Part shown: piece by piece, positions 39,544 to 50,878 of the stretch | How positions within the stretch are numbered: position 1 is the first letter of the stretch | Layout of the letters: every line of letters begins with the position of its first letter | NCBI GenBank assembly: GCA_963821525.1 | Contig: CAWGED010000012.1 | Location: 64,001-128,000 of the forward strand | DNA from: an uncultured Gemmatimonadales bacterium | GTDB lineage: Bacteria > Gemmatimonadota > Gemmatimonadetes > Gemmatimonadales > GWC2-71-9 | Reading direction: 5' to 3' | Length of the DNA: 64,000 bases | Notes under the pieces: model-generated | What the model was told of the DNA's origin: nothing | The model's database searches: none | What the model saw: the letters and a program-made list of their open reading frames with translations, nothing else | Position numbers and translations under genes: made by a program

Positions 39544-41301
39544 ATGACGTCGCCCAGTCCCGCCGCCACGACTGGCCCGATCATTCAGAAGGACTCCCGC
39601 CGGCTTCCCGGCGTGAGCCTGCTGTGGGACCGGCCCGGGGCCATCCTCGATGTGGCCTTCTCCGATGACGTGGCGGAGCAGGCGGTGGTGCTCTGGGAGG
39701 CGGCGGCACGCGCCATGCTGGACGCCGTCGGCTGGAAGGACGAGGGAACCCGGGCCCGGCTCTTCCCCGGGGGCGCCAATCTGGTCCTCAGCGCCCCGAT
39801 CGACAGCCTCTACCCTGCTACTGAAGTGAACGAATGGGCCCTCGCGGCGGCCAATGCCGAGCTTGGCGGGCCGCCGGCACCGGCATTTGAGCTGGAGGCA
39901 CATCGACTCCGGCGGGCGATAGAGACTGAACGGAAGCCTCGCCTGCTGGCCATGCGCCAGGCGGCGCGCCGCCACGGCGTTTCATTCATCTGGGACGACT
40001 ATGTCACCTCGGTAGGATCCGGAACCGGAGCCCGGGTCTGGAATACCGAAGAACTTCCGGAGCCGGAAACCGTGGATTGGGCCAAGGTGCACGATGTGCC
40101 CACGGCGCTCGTCACCGGCTCAAACGGGAAGACGACAACAGTCCGGCTGCTGACGGCCGTGGCCACGGCTGCCGGTCGAGTGGCGGGTATGTGCTGCACC
40201 GACTCGGTGAGCATTGGCGGTGAGGTGCTGGCGGAAGGAGACTACGCCGGCCCGATGGGCGCCAGGATGGTATTGCGGGACCCCCGGGTGGAGCTGGCGG
40301 TTCTGGAAACCGCGCGAGGCGGAATTCTGCGCCGGGGCGTCACCGTGAGTCGGGCCGACGCGGCGATCGTCACCAACATCGCCGAGGATCATTTCGGCGA
40401 GTTCGGCGTATCCGATCTGCGTGCTCTAGCTGAGACCAAGCTGGTCATCGCGCGCCCGGTCGCCGCGACGGGTCGAGTGGTCCTTAACGCGGACGATTCG
40501 GAGCTGGTCGCCACGGGTGGCAAGCTCAAGAAGCCGGTCTGCTGGATCAGCCTGGATCCCAGGAATCCCGTGCTGCGCCAGAATCTGGCCCAGGGAGGCG
40601 AGGGAGTCTGGCTGGACGGGGGAGCCATTGTCGCCCTGCATCGAGGTGAGGAGCAGGTGATCACGACCCTGGACCAGGTCCCCATCACCCTCGGTGGGGC
40701 GGCACGACACAACGTCTACAACGCCCTGGGGGTGACGGCGCTCGCACTCGCGCTGCACCTCGATCCTGAGGCAGTGGCTCGCGGACTCCGAAGCTTTCAC
40801 GGCACTCCCGGAGAAAATCCCGGCCGCCTGAACCTGTTTGAGTTTGGTGGAACGCGGGTCATCGCAGACTTTGCCCACAACCCGCACGGGATGGACGCAC
40901 TGGTTGAGTTGGCTCGGGCGTTTCCGGCCGAGCGGCGTCTGATCATCCTGGGGCAGGCCGGGGACCGGGAAGATCAGGCCATCCGGGATTTTGCCCGGAG
41001 CGCCTGGGGTGCCCGTCCCGACCGGATCGTGTTGAAGGAGATGGAGAAGTACCGGCGGGGTCGTGCACCAGGGGAAGCCTCAGGAATTCTTTGCGAAGAG
41101 TTCCTTCGCCTCGGCGCGGCGCCCGAAAGCATCACCCGCGCGGACTCCGAATTCGAGGCGGTGCGGGTGGCACTGGCCTGGGCACGGCCAGGAGACCTGT
41201 TGATCCTCCTGCTTCATGCCGAACGAGACAGGTGCCTGGGGTACCTCGATCGGTTGCGGAGCCACGGGTGGACTCCGGGAGACGCGGTGCCAGAGCAATA
41301 A
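39544..41301 (+). CDS. CphA-like Mur-ligase family protein lacking the ATP-grasp domain
   Basis: VTGSNGKTTT, LETARGGILRRG, PGRLN, DFAHNP, GQAGDR. Confidence 0.85.
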   Translation: MTSPSPAATTGPIIQKDSRRLPGVSLLWDRPGAILDVAFSDDVAEQAVVLWEAAARAMLDAVGWKDEGTRARLFPGGANLVLSAPIDSLYPATEVNEWALAAANAELGGPPAPAFELEAHRLRRAIETERKPRLLAMRQAARRHGVSFIWDDYVTSVGSGTGARVWNTEELPEPETVDWAKVHDVPTALVTGSNGKTTTVRLLTAVATAAGRVAGMCCTDSVSIGGEVLAEGDYAGPMGARMVLRDPRVELAVLETARGGILRRGVTVSRADAAIVTNIAEDHFGEFGVSDLRALAETKLVIARPVAATGRVVLNADDSELVATGGKLKKPVCWISLDPRNPVLRQNLAQGGEGVWLDGGAIVALHRGEEQVITTLDQVPITLGGAARHNVYNALGVTALALALHLDPEAVARGLRSFHGTPGENPGRLNLFEFGGTRVIADFAHNPHGMDALVELARAFPAERRLIILGQAGDREDQAIRDFARSAWGARPDRIVLKEMEKYRRGRAPGEASGILCEEFLRLGAAPESITRADSEFEAVRVALAWARPGDLLILLLHAERDRCLGYLDRLRSHGWTPGDAVPEQ

Positions 41302-41342
41302 GCCCTGATGCAACCTTTACAAACATCTGTTACCAAAAAGGC

Positions 41343-43232
41343 ATGACCAACCCTACCGCCACTACTTGCCCGAAGTGCCACGGCGCCATCGAGCCGGGCG
41401 AGCGTTTCTGCCGCAATTGCGGCACCTCGCTTTCGGGAGAGCAGCGTGCCCGTACCACGGAGCTCGACCTGTTGCAGCAGGCGACACTCGGGGACTACGA
41501 GATCATCCGGCTCCTCGGCCAGGGGGGAATGGCCACTGTCTATCTCGCGCAGGACCTGACGCTGGACCGCAAAGTTGCGATCAAGGTCATCTCGCCGGAC
41601 GTGGCGCGCGGGGCTGAGATGATCGCCCGGTTCCGGCGCGAGGCGAAGACCGCCGCGGCGCTGACCCATCCTCATATCATCCCGATCTATGCGGTGAAGG
41701 AGACGCAGGATCTCATCTTCTTCGTGATGAAGTACGTGCGGGGACGCTCCCTCGACGCCATTCTGCGCGAAGTGGGGCCGCTCCCCTTCCCCATGGTGCG
41801 CACCATCCTTACCGATATCGGCTCCGCCCTGGACTTCGCCCACCGACAAGGGGTCGTCCATCGTGACGTGAAGCCGGGCAACATCCTGGTCGAGGAGGAA
41901 GGCTTCGCGGTCATCACGGACTTCGGAATCGCCAAGGCGGCGGAGAGCGAGTCGCTCACGAGGTCGGGGACCACCGTGGGCACGCCGAGCTATCTGAGCC
42001 CTGAAGCTTGCGCCGGCGACCGAGTCGGCCCGGCGGCGGATCAGTACTCGCTGGGCATCGTGGGCTATGAGATGATCACGGGCCAACTCCCCTTCACCGC
42101 GGAGTCGAGCCTGGGGATGATGTATGCTCAAGTCCATACTCCGCCCCGGCCCAGCACCGACCTGCGCAGCGATTGCCCGCGCGATCTGCACGACACGATC
42201 ATGCGCATGCTTGAGAAATCCGCAGAGGACCGGTTCGCGAATCTCAAGGATGCGACGCTCGAGCTCTCGTTGGGCCAGCCTCCGGCCGACGAGCACGTGC
42301 GAAGCCACATCGGATTACTGGCGGTGCCTCGTGCCGGTCGGTCCGCAGCCGAAATCCGTCGGACTCCGAGCAGCCCGCTGTTCGTCGGGGCGGTCAAGCC
42401 GACTGCGCCCATCTCCTCGATCCGGCGGCGAAAGCGGGCCCAACGCCTCCGAATCCTGGCGGGCGCTGTCGGCGTCTTGGCAGTAGCAGCAGCCGTGTTG
42501 GGGATTCGAACCGCGCTCCGGAAGCCGGTGCCCGTGGTGGACAGCGTAACCATTGCACCGGATCCAGCCGATACGCTCTATCTTTCAGCACGAGGCGCCG
42601 CGAGCTACGCCCGCCAGCGAGCCATCGCGGCCGGGGTGAGCGCTGCGGCCCTGCGCCCGGGCGACTCCCTGCAAGCCCAGGCCGAGTCGCTAGCCAGCCA
42701 GGGACAACGCGCCGGAGCCGCCGTCCTGCTGACCTCGGCGGCCTCACTCTGGCAGGCGGCCGAACAGCGCGCGACGCCGACCGCGACGAAGGTTACGGTG
42801 AACCCGGCCGTTGCAACTCAACACCCGACCGCCGTGGCGCCGAAAGTCGATACCCCGACCACCGGCGCGGATCCGACACCGGCCGAGCCGGAGCCTTCCG
42901 ATTCCATGAAGATCGTTTCCTATTATCGGGAGCTGGAGGGAGCCATTCGAACCCGTCAGGTGAGCGAAGTGAAACGCCTGCTCCCCAATCTCACCGACAG
43001 CGAGGAGAAATACTGGCGTAATCTGTTCAGTGATAAGAATCTGACGGCGATCGACGCGGTCTACACGCTCGAATCGCTGGCCCGGGAGGGAGACCAGGCG
43101 ACGGCGCGTATCCGGCTTGAGCTTACTCTCACAAAGAAGGACAAGTTCGAGCATCGGGAGCGGCGGGAGCGCGCCATACTCACGGCCGGCGCACAAGGAT
43201 GGCGGCAAATCCGCTCGGAGAAATTGCAATAA
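41343..43232 (+). CDS. Zn-ribbon Ser/Thr kinase with TM and extracytoplasmic domain
   Basis: CPKC...CRNC, LGQGGMATVY, HRDVKPGN, DFG. Confidence 0.9.
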   Translation: MTNPTATTCPKCHGAIEPGERFCRNCGTSLSGEQRARTTELDLLQQATLGDYEIIRLLGQGGMATVYLAQDLTLDRKVAIKVISPDVARGAEMIARFRREAKTAAALTHPHIIPIYAVKETQDLIFFVMKYVRGRSLDAILREVGPLPFPMVRTILTDIGSALDFAHRQGVVHRDVKPGNILVEEEGFAVITDFGIAKAAESESLTRSGTTVGTPSYLSPEACAGDRVGPAADQYSLGIVGYEMITGQLPFTAESSLGMMYAQVHTPPRPSTDLRSDCPRDLHDTIMRMLEKSAEDRFANLKDATLELSLGQPPADEHVRSHIGLLAVPRAGRSAAEIRRTPSSPLFVGAVKPTAPISSIRRRKRAQRLRILAGAVGVLAVAAAVLGIRTALRKPVPVVDSVTIAPDPADTLYLSARGAASYARQRAIAAGVSAAALRPGDSLQAQAESLASQGQRAGAAVLLTSAASLWQAAEQRATPTATKVTVNPAVATQHPTAVAPKVDTPTTGADPTPAEPEPSDSMKIVSYYRELEGAIRTRQVSEVKRLLPNLTDSEEKYWRNLFSDKNLTAIDAVYTLESLAREGDQATARIRLELTLTKKDKFEHRERRERAILTAGAQGWRQIRSEKLQ

Positions 43233-43278
43233 TCGCCCGAAAACGTTTTTCTTCATTGCAGTAACGAAGGAGGTTGGG

Positions 43279-43872
43279 ATGGGAATCGCCGTACGATTCA
43301 CCTATACCCTTGCTGCAGCGCTCGTTACGCAGTCTGCCTCCGCTCAGGCTCCCGATTCTCAGCCGGCTCCCGCTCCGTCTGCCGCACAGCCCGCCGCCGA
43401 TCCCAACATCACGGCCGCAGTGCAGCAGGTGAAGCAGGCGACGAAGATGCTCGTCTACCCGGCGAATAAGCAGTCGGCGGATCAGCAGGCCATTGATGAG
43501 CGGGAGTGCTACGTCTGGAGCCAGCAGCAGACCGGGATTGATCCGATGGCTGCCGGGCCGAATGCCGACTCAGCGGCAGCGGCCTCGGCCGACAAGATGG
43601 ATTCGGCAACCACGGGTGCCGCGGTTGGCGGCGCGGCTCGGGGTGCCGCAGGCGGCGCGATAATCGGCGGGATCACGGGGGACGCCGGGGAGGGTGCCGC
43701 GGTCGGCGCCGTCGCCGGTGCAGTGTCCGGCCGGCGGGCCAAGAAGAGGGCCGAGAAGCAGGCGGCGCAACAGGGCGCGGCCCAGGCTCAAGGCATCTCA
43801 GCCGAGCGCATGGCAACCTTCAAAAAGGGAATGGCCGCCTGCCTCAACGGGCGCGGTTACACCGTTCAATAG
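43279..43872 (+). CDS. Secreted glycine-zipper protein
   Basis: signal peptide, YPANKQSADQQ..D..EC, GAAGGA repeats, ACLNGRGYTV. Confidence 0.85.
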   Translation: MGIAVRFTYTLAAALVTQSASAQAPDSQPAPAPSAAQPAADPNITAAVQQVKQATKMLVYPANKQSADQQAIDERECYVWSQQQTGIDPMAAGPNADSAAAASADKMDSATTGAAVGGAARGAAGGAIIGGITGDAGEGAAVGAVAGAVSGRRAKKRAEKQAAQQGAAQAQGISAERMATFKKGMAACLNGRGYTVQ

Positions 43873-43989
43873 AGAGTGATGATTTGAACTGTTCAGCAGC
43901 CAGGACGGACTCCGGGGATAGGACGAGACTTGAGCAGTGACGCAGCGTCGCGGGCAAAGCGTGAAGCGATGGAACGGAGCGGAGGCCGG

Positions 43990-45969
43990 ATGAAGGCCTG
44001 CCCTCGCTGCGGCGAGACGATTTCGCCCGGAACCCGCCAGTGCGGGCGGTGTGGCTTCGATCTGGTTTGGGAGCAGGGCTTCCTCAGTACCGCCCGCCTC
44101 AGCCTGGACCAGATTGCCCCGCAGGTCGTGGCCCAGATTGACCTCCTGCGCCGCGCGACCATCGGCGAGTTCGAGATCGTCACCGAGCTCGGGCGGGGCG
44201 GGATGGCCACGGTCTACCTGGCCCACGACGTCCAGCTCGACCGCAAGGTCGCGATCAAGGTCATCTCCCACAGCATCGCGCAGCAGGCAGACGTCGCGGA
44301 GCGGTTCAAGCGGGAGGCACGGACCGCGGGCGCCCTCAGTCATCCCCATATCATTCCGATTCACGCGGTCCGGCAGGAAGAAGACCTCCTCTACTTCGTG
44401 ATGAAGCATGTACCGGGTCGCTCACTCGACTCGGTGCTGGCGGAAATCGTCCCCCTGCCCTTCGCCATCGTCAGCGCGATCCTCACCGAGGTGGGTGCAG
44501 CGCTCGACTTCGCCCACCGCAACGGCGTGATCCACCGGGACGTCAAACCCGGCAACATCATGCTCGACGACGAGGGCTTCAGCGTCATCACCGACTTCGG
44601 CATTGCGAAGGCCGCCGAGGGCGACGGTCTGACCCAGGCCGGCACGGTTGTAGGAACCCCTGCCTACGTAAGCCCGGAAACCTGCGAAGGAAAAACCGCC
44701 ACCGCCGCCGCCGATCAGTACTCGCTCGGCGTCGTCGCCTACCAGATGTTGACCGGCGAGTTGCCGCTTCAGGCCGACTCGTCGATGGCGATGATGTACG
44801 CGCAGATTCACACTCCGCCGGAGTCGCTCTCCAAGAAGCGGCCCGACCTCCCGCGAGATGTGAACACCGCCATCATGCGAATGCTGGCCAAGAATCCGGA
44901 GGATCGCTGGCCCAGCGTGAAGGACGCCGTGGCAGCCATTGCGGCCGTAGCTCCGCCGGTGGACGAGGACGTTCGAGCCCGCATCATTGCGCTCGCGCGG
45001 AACCGGCCGGACCGCGCGGCGATCGAGTTCAGAACCCCACCCAGTCCGGCGCCGCCGCCGAGACGAACCCCCTCGCAGCCGCCGGAGGGCTTCGTTGAAC
45101 GCCGAGTAAGCGGCGCCAATACGCCGCCCCAAATCCAGATCATCCACAAGGCGGCGGCCTGGCCGATTGTCGTCGGCGGAATCCTGGCACTCGTCGCCGG
45201 CGGGTTCTACTGGCAAACCCGAACTCAGGCGACCGCTGCCCAGCAGCAGGACAGCCTCGCGGCGAATACGACGACGATGGGAGACAGCCTCTGGCTCGAG
45301 GCCCGAGGCAAAGCCGATCTCGCCCGTCAGAATGCGCTCTCGGCAGGGGTGAAGCCGGCAGCCCTGACCTCGGGGGACTCGCTCCGAGCCTTGGCGGAGT
45401 CTCTCGCCGGGACGGGACAGAAGGCGGAAGGCGCCGTGCTCCTCACCCAGGCGGTAACCGCCTGGCAATCGGTGGAAGCAACGGCGCGCCGCCCAGCACC
45501 AACTCCTCCGCGCTCCGTCATCGACTCGCCGGCTGCGACGACCACGGCGCTGGTGCCTCCGGAATCCCTGCCCCATCGGCCGGTCGTCACCGTGCCGCGC
45601 GTGGTAACCGACTCGCAGGGCGCCGCGGTGCTTCCCGATTCTCGGCAGGTGGGCGTCTTCTATGATCGGCTCGCCGGTTTCATCGCCGCCCGCCAGCTGG
45701 GCGAGATGCAACGGCTTCGGGCCAACATGACGTCCTCCGAGGAGCAACGCTGGCTCGACCTCTTCCAGGATGAAAAGGTCGAGGGCGTCCACGTGGTATT
45801 CACCGTCCTCGGCGTGAGCGCACAAGCGGGGAGGATCTACGCCCGGGTGCGATACAACCTCGCGGTGACCAAGGGCGGCAAGGTAGAAACGAAGAAGAGC
45901 ACACTGCGCGTCGAGTTGACCCGCGGTCCGGACGGACTGCGTGAAGTGAAGTGGGAGGAAGCTCATTAA
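43990..45969 (+). CDS. Zn-ribbon Ser/Thr kinase, paralog of 41343..43232
   Basis: GGAGG RBS; CPRC...CGRC, HRDVKPGN, DFG; same domain order. Confidence 0.9.
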   Translation: MKACPRCGETISPGTRQCGRCGFDLVWEQGFLSTARLSLDQIAPQVVAQIDLLRRATIGEFEIVTELGRGGMATVYLAHDVQLDRKVAIKVISHSIAQQADVAERFKREARTAGALSHPHIIPIHAVRQEEDLLYFVMKHVPGRSLDSVLAEIVPLPFAIVSAILTEVGAALDFAHRNGVIHRDVKPGNIMLDDEGFSVITDFGIAKAAEGDGLTQAGTVVGTPAYVSPETCEGKTATAAADQYSLGVVAYQMLTGELPLQADSSMAMMYAQIHTPPESLSKKRPDLPRDVNTAIMRMLAKNPEDRWPSVKDAVAAIAAVAPPVDEDVRARIIALARNRPDRAAIEFRTPPSPAPPPRRTPSQPPEGFVERRVSGANTPPQIQIIHKAAAWPIVVGGILALVAGGFYWQTRTQATAAQQQDSLAANTTTMGDSLWLEARGKADLARQNALSAGVKPAALTSGDSLRALAESLAGTGQKAEGAVLLTQAVTAWQSVEATARRPAPTPPRSVIDSPAATTTALVPPESLPHRPVVTVPRVVTDSQGAAVLPDSRQVGVFYDRLAGFIAARQLGEMQRLRANMTSSEEQRWLDLFQDEKVEGVHVVFTVLGVSAQAGRIYARVRYNLAVTKGGKVETKKSTLRVELTRGPDGLREVKWEEAH

Positions 45970-46005
45970 GTAGGATTCAGGTGCAGGTGAAGGGATTCGA
46001 GAGCT

Positions 46006-46362
46006 ATGCGATATCTCCGTCTTGCTCCACTCATCCTCCTCACAGCGGCGCAGGGGCAGAACTGCGTAGCGACCCTGGGGCCGGCAGGACTCTGCGCCAC
46101 GCTTACCCTTCAGCCCTCGCAGCAGCAGATGCAGGTGGGACAGAATCTGATCGTCCGAATCAACGGCAACCTCAGCTGTGGCCAACCCGTGGGTCAGGTA
46201 ACCGCGTTACAGTGGCGCTCCACCTCCCCCAAGATTGCAACCGTCGATTCGACGGGGGTGGTCCACGCCGTGAATCCGGGTCAGGCTACCATCGAAGTGT
46301 CCGCTGTGCCGCCTTCGCAAAGCATCTCCGTCAAGGCAATGCAGGTCACCGTAGTTCCCTGA
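46006..46362 (+). CDS. Small secreted Ig-like (Big_2) protein
   Basis: [27 protein letters not shown]. Confidence 0.75.
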   Translation: MRYLRLAPLILLTAAQGQNCVATLGPAGLCATLTLQPSQQQMQVGQNLIVRINGNLSCGQPVGQVTALQWRSTSPKIATVDSTGVVHAVNPGQATIEVSAVPPSQSISVKAMQVTVVP

Positions 46363-46399
46363 TTCTCTCGCTCGCGCCACCTCCCTCCCTGCGGTCCTG

Positions 46400-46837
46400 A
46401 TGCCCGGCATACCTCCTTTCCATCTCGCTTTTCCTGTCAACGACCTGGAGCAGGCACGCGCTTTCTACGGCGGACTACTGGGGTGTGCCGAAGGACGCAG
46501 CTCAGATCGCTGGGTGGATTTCGATTTTTACGGTCACCAGGTCGTGGCTCACCTCTCGCCCGCCGAAGTGGGTCGGAGTCAAACCAGTCCAGTCGATGGC
46601 CATGACGTGCCGGTGCGTCACTTCGGGGTGATCCTCGAATGGGAGGAATGGCACCGGCTGGCGGAGCGGCTCCGTGGAAAGGGCGTGGGGTTCATCATCG
46701 AACCGGGAATCCGATTCCAGGGCCAGGTAGGGGAGCAGGCAACCATGTTTTTTCTGGATCCGTCAGGCAACGCGTTGGAGTTCAAGAGCTTCAAGGATCC
46801 GAGCCAGGTGTTCGCGGTGAGCACTCTGACACCGTAG
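46400..46837 (+). CDS. VOC/glyoxalase family protein
   Basis: [29 protein letters not shown]. Confidence 0.9.
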   Translation: MPGIPPFHLAFPVNDLEQARAFYGGLLGCAEGRSSDRWVDFDFYGHQVVAHLSPAEVGRSQTSPVDGHDVPVRHFGVILEWEEWHRLAERLRGKGVGFIIEPGIRFQGQVGEQATMFFLDPSGNALEFKSFKDPSQVFAVSTLTP

Positions 46838-46953
46838 ACCCGCACTTGAACCTGAAGTTGGACACCGAAACCCCGGGCGAGTCCATCGCCCGGGTTTTGG
46901 GACTTAGGAGACCAGCCCGGATGAACCTGCTGGTTGGAGGTATAGATGATTAG

Positions 46954-47529
46954 ATGCTTTGTGCTTCCGTCAGTTTCATTGCACTCCTTTTCTCCACCGC
47001 CTGCGACAAGCCAGGAACGTCTCGCGCCTCTCATGATTCGACTGCCGGCGCGCCGGTGAATACGCCGGATCCACCGCGGCGAGCGCACCCGAGACGACAG
47101 CGGTGAGTGTACCAGGTACGCCAAACCAGCACCCCCGACCCAACCGGCGAACCCGCCAGCGCACCGGAGACCACGACGGCCGAGGCGCCGCTTCGCGATC
47201 CCTACCACACGGCGCCGCTCGATACCGTGGACGCCAAGACCTACCAGGGGTGGAAGTACTACAGCCTCAATTGCGCCCGCTGCCACGGAGAGGACGTGCT
47301 GGGAACATCGATCGCGCCCCATCTCATTCTCTCGCTCAAGCCGGACGGACCCATACCCAACGAGGCGGTGTTCCTCCAGACCGTGTGCGGAGGGCGGCCC
47401 GACAAGGGCATGCCGGCCTGGTGCACTCTCGGCATGAGCACGGCACAGATCGACACCATATACGCCTACGTGAAGGCGCGAAGCGACGCCAAGATGCACC
47501 CCGGCAGGCCGGCCCGTCGAGGCGGCTGA
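46954..47529 (+). CDS. Monoheme cytochrome c lipoprotein, frameshift near 47080-47105; start uncertain
   Basis: CARCHG, GMPAW; upstream frame has ..LLFSTAC lipobox. Confidence 0.75.
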
Positions 47530-47537
47530 TTCGGTCC

Positions 47538-47927
47538 ATGCCTCGCAAGCCCGCTCGTTCACGATCCTCGGTCAGTCCGCTCCAGGCGGCATTCGAACCG
47601 GTCCGCCGGGCGGCAACCGGATTGCCTGAAGTCGAGGAGAGCACCTCCTATGGAACACCGGCGCTCAAGGTCCGCGGCAAATTCCTGACGCGACTGAAGG
47701 AAGACGGAGAGACCATCGTGTTGCGGGTGGATTTCGACAGCCGGGACGCGATGATGCGAGTGCAGCCGGATGTTTTTTACATCACCGATCACTATCGCGA
47801 CTATCCCGCGGTCCTGGTCCGGCTCAAGGCGGTCAGCCGGGCCCAGCTCCGCGAGTTACTGGCCGATGCCTGGCGCCTCGTGGCACCCCGGAGCCTCGTC
47901 GCGAAGAAGAGAGCAGCAGCGGATTGA
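47538..47927 (+). CDS. MmcQ/YjbR family protein
   Basis: SYGTPALKVRGK, FYITDHY..YPAVLVRL. Confidence 0.85.
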   Translation: MPRKPARSRSSVSPLQAAFEPVRRAATGLPEVEESTSYGTPALKVRGKFLTRLKEDGETIVLRVDFDSRDAMMRVQPDVFYITDHYRDYPAVLVRLKAVSRAQLRELLADAWRLVAPRSLVAKKRAAAD

Positions 47928-48008
47928 CTTCGGTCCATAACGGCGTAATAGCTATTGGTGCAGGCAGTGATTTCGTAGCAGAGGCCAGACTCGACCTGGA
48001 AGGAAACC

Positions 48009-48488
48009 GTGCCGAAAAACACTACCCCATCAGGCGGCAATTCCCCGGCGATTAGCCGGGAGCAGCTCATCAAGAATCTGAATGAAGACCTGGCCAGGGA
48101 ATATCAGGCCATCATCGCATATGTGGTGTATTCTCAGGCCCTCAAAGGCGCCGCCTACCAGAACATCGCCAAGGAGCTCGAAGTACACGCGACGGAGGAG
48201 CTGGCCCACGCGCTGATCATCTCCAAGCAGATCGATTACCTCGGCGGCGACCAGGTGGTCACGCCGAAACCGGTCAAGACCTCACAGAAAGCGGTGGAGA
48301 TGCTTCGGTTCGATCTGGAAAACGAGACCGAGACCATCCGGCAGTACCGCGAGCGGGTGCGCCAGTGCGAAGCGCTGGGCGAATTCGCCATGGCGGAACA
48401 CATCCGGGAAATCCTGATCCAGGAGCAGGAGCATCAAATCGACCTGGCCACCGCCCTGGGGGAGGACCCACCCGACAACAGCGGGTGA
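48009..48488 (+). CDS. Ferritin/bacterioferritin-like protein
   Basis: EYQA, EELAHA, ENET, EQEH diiron motifs. Confidence 0.9.
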   Translation: MPKNTTPSGGNSPAISREQLIKNLNEDLAREYQAIIAYVVYSQALKGAAYQNIAKELEVHATEELAHALIISKQIDYLGGDQVVTPKPVKTSQKAVEMLRFDLENETETIRQYRERVRQCEALGEFAMAEHIREILIQEQEHQIDLATALGEDPPDNSG

Positions 48489-48579
48489 AGCCGGTTATCT
48501 TTAGAGCATCCCGGCCCGTCTGCTGGCATTCATGCTGACGCCATCTTCGGCTCGGTCCACTCTCAAGCCGGAGGTCCGG

Positions 48580-48898
48580 TTGTCCACGTTCAAGCCCCAG
48601 CAGCGGCGCCTTACCATAAAGGGCCGCGCCTTTCACTTTGTGTCCTATGAGGGAAGAGCGGCGAACGAACGCCGCGGTGAGAAGGCCGAGCCCTCCATGT
48701 GGTACCTGATGCTGGAGGGGCGGCGTTGTCCCACGGTCCCATGCCAACCCGATCAGCCCGAAACCGAGATAGACCAGGCTCTTCTCCGATGGGTGGAGGA
48801 ACAGGGCCTGAATGTCCTTCCGGCCGTGCGGCCCACCAAGGCCCCCAGCTGCCCGCGCCACGACCGATCGCAAGAGGGACTGGTGGGGAGCAAGCTGA
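48580..48898 (+). CDS. Hypothetical protein, frameshift near 48845 (artefactually fused to the S9 gene in the ORF track)
   Basis: GGAGG + TTG; FHFVSYEG...MWYLM; shifted frame ends DRKRDWWGAS*. Confidence 0.6.
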
Positions 48899-50878
48899 GT
48901 CAATTCAGGACCCTGGCGGCGCTGGCGGCTCTGACCCTCGCGTCAACCGTCTCGCCGCTCTCAGCTCAGGACGCCTCCCCAGTAATAGCCCCCGCAGACA
49001 ACCTCGTGATCGATGGCGTTCCCCCGCTGCCGGCCACTCTCTCCGGCGACGTGCGGCGCTATACCGAGTCGCGGAGCGCCTTCCTCTCTGACTGGCACCC
49101 TACCCGCCGGGAAATCCTCATCGCCACCCGCTTCGGCAACACGGTTCAGCTTCACGCGGTGAAGATGCCGGGAGGAGACCGGACGCAGCTGACGTTCTTC
49201 GAGGAGCCAGTGGCGGGAGGCATCTACGAACCGCGCACCGGGAAATACATCGTGTTCGGTCGAGATGTGGGAGGAAACGAGTTCAACCAGCTGTTCCGGC
49301 TGGATCTCGCGGATGGGACGATCACCCTGCTGACCGACGGCGGCCGCTCCCAGAACGGCGGTGTGGTGTGGAGCAACAAGGGTGACAGGATCGCCTACGG
49401 ATCGACCCGGCGAAATGGGGCCGACCGTGACCTCTATGTCATGGATCCCGCCAATCCCGCCTCGGACCGCATGATGCTCCAGGTCAGCGGAGGTGGATGG
49501 GGGGTCGCGGACTGGTCTCCAGACGACACGAAGTTGCTGGCCACCGAGGCGATCTCGATCAATCAGACCAACCTCTGGCTGGTTGATGCCGGTTCAGGCG
49601 AGCGTACGCTCCTCGCACCCGAGCCGGGAGATACGGTAGCGTACGGCACCGTGCGGTTCAGCCGGGACGGGAAAGGCGTTTACCTGACCTCCGACCAGGG
49701 GAATGAGTTCCTCCGGCTGGGCTACCTCGATCTCGCCACCAGGAAGGTGACGTGGCTCAGCGGCGATATTCCGTGGGACGTGGAAGGCTTCGCGCTCTCC
49801 CGCGACGGGAGTCGAGTCGCGTTCACCACGAACGAGGCCGGCATTTCGAGACTGCACCTTCTCGATACGAAGACCGGCCGGCACCACCCGGTTCAGGGTG
49901 TTCCGGTGGGCACGATCGGTTCGCTGCGATGGCACAGCAATAACCGGGATCTTGGCTTCACGGCAGGCAATGCGAGAGCCCCTGGAGATGTCTATTCGCT
50001 GGATGCGGGTACCGGCAAGGTGACTCGCTGGACCGAGAGCGAGCTTGGAGGCCTGGTCGCCGCCAATCTGGCCGAGCCAAGTCTGATCAAATGGAACAGT
50101 TTCGACGGGCTGGAGATCACCGGGTTCTATTATCGCCCCCCTGCTCGCTTTACCGGCAAGCGACCCGTCATCATCAACATCCATGGCGGACCGGAAGGGC
50201 AATCCCGCCCCGGCTTCCTGGGACGCACGAACTATTTCCTGAACGAGCAGGGCGTCGCGGTGATCTACCCCAACGTCCGCGGCTCGACCGGGTACGGGAA
50301 GACGTTCGTGAAGCTGGACAACGGCCTCAAGCGCATGGATTCGGTGAAGGATATCGGCGCCCTGTTTGACTGGATCGCGAAGCAGCCCGAGCTGGATGCG
50401 GGCCGGGTGATGGTGACGGGAGGCAGTTACGGCGGCTTCATGACCCTGGCCGTGGCCACGACCTACAACGATCGTATCGCCTGTTCACTCGACGTGGTGG
50501 GGATTTCCAACCTCGCCACTTTCCTCAAGAACACCGAGAGCTACCGGCGGGACCTGCGTCGAGTCGAGTACGGGGATGAGCGGGACTCGACCATGGCGGC
50601 ATTCTTCGAGGCCACCGCACCGCTCAACAACGCCCGCAACATCACCAAGCCGCTCTTCGTGGTGCAGGGCGGCAACGATCCGCGGGTGCCGCACACCGAG
50701 GCCGAGCAGATGGTGGCGAGGGTGAAAGCGAACGGGAGTCCCGGTCTGGTACCTCATGGCCAGCGACGAAGGCCACGGCTTCCGGAAGAAGAACAATGTG
50801 GACTTTCAGTTCTTCGCCACCGTGACCTTCGTGCGCCAATTTCTGCTCGGCGAGACTCCCTCGGGAGCAACGCCCTAG
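48883..50878 (+). CDS. S9 prolyl oligopeptidase family, frameshift near 50740
   Basis: signal peptide, propeller, HGGPE, GGSYGG, NDPRV, DEGHGF in shifted frame. Confidence 0.9.

Noticed and set aside
41091..41342. Long N-terminal ORF extensions (also at 2238, 10768, 34300 and 21183)
   Set aside because: They overlap upstream genes or translate repeat arrays; better starts lie downstream
44422..46185. Long antisense or alternative-frame ORFs (also 11484-12884, 24038-25417, 37828-39216, 62496-63821)
   Set aside because: Shadow ORFs of high-GC genes with no recognisable motifs
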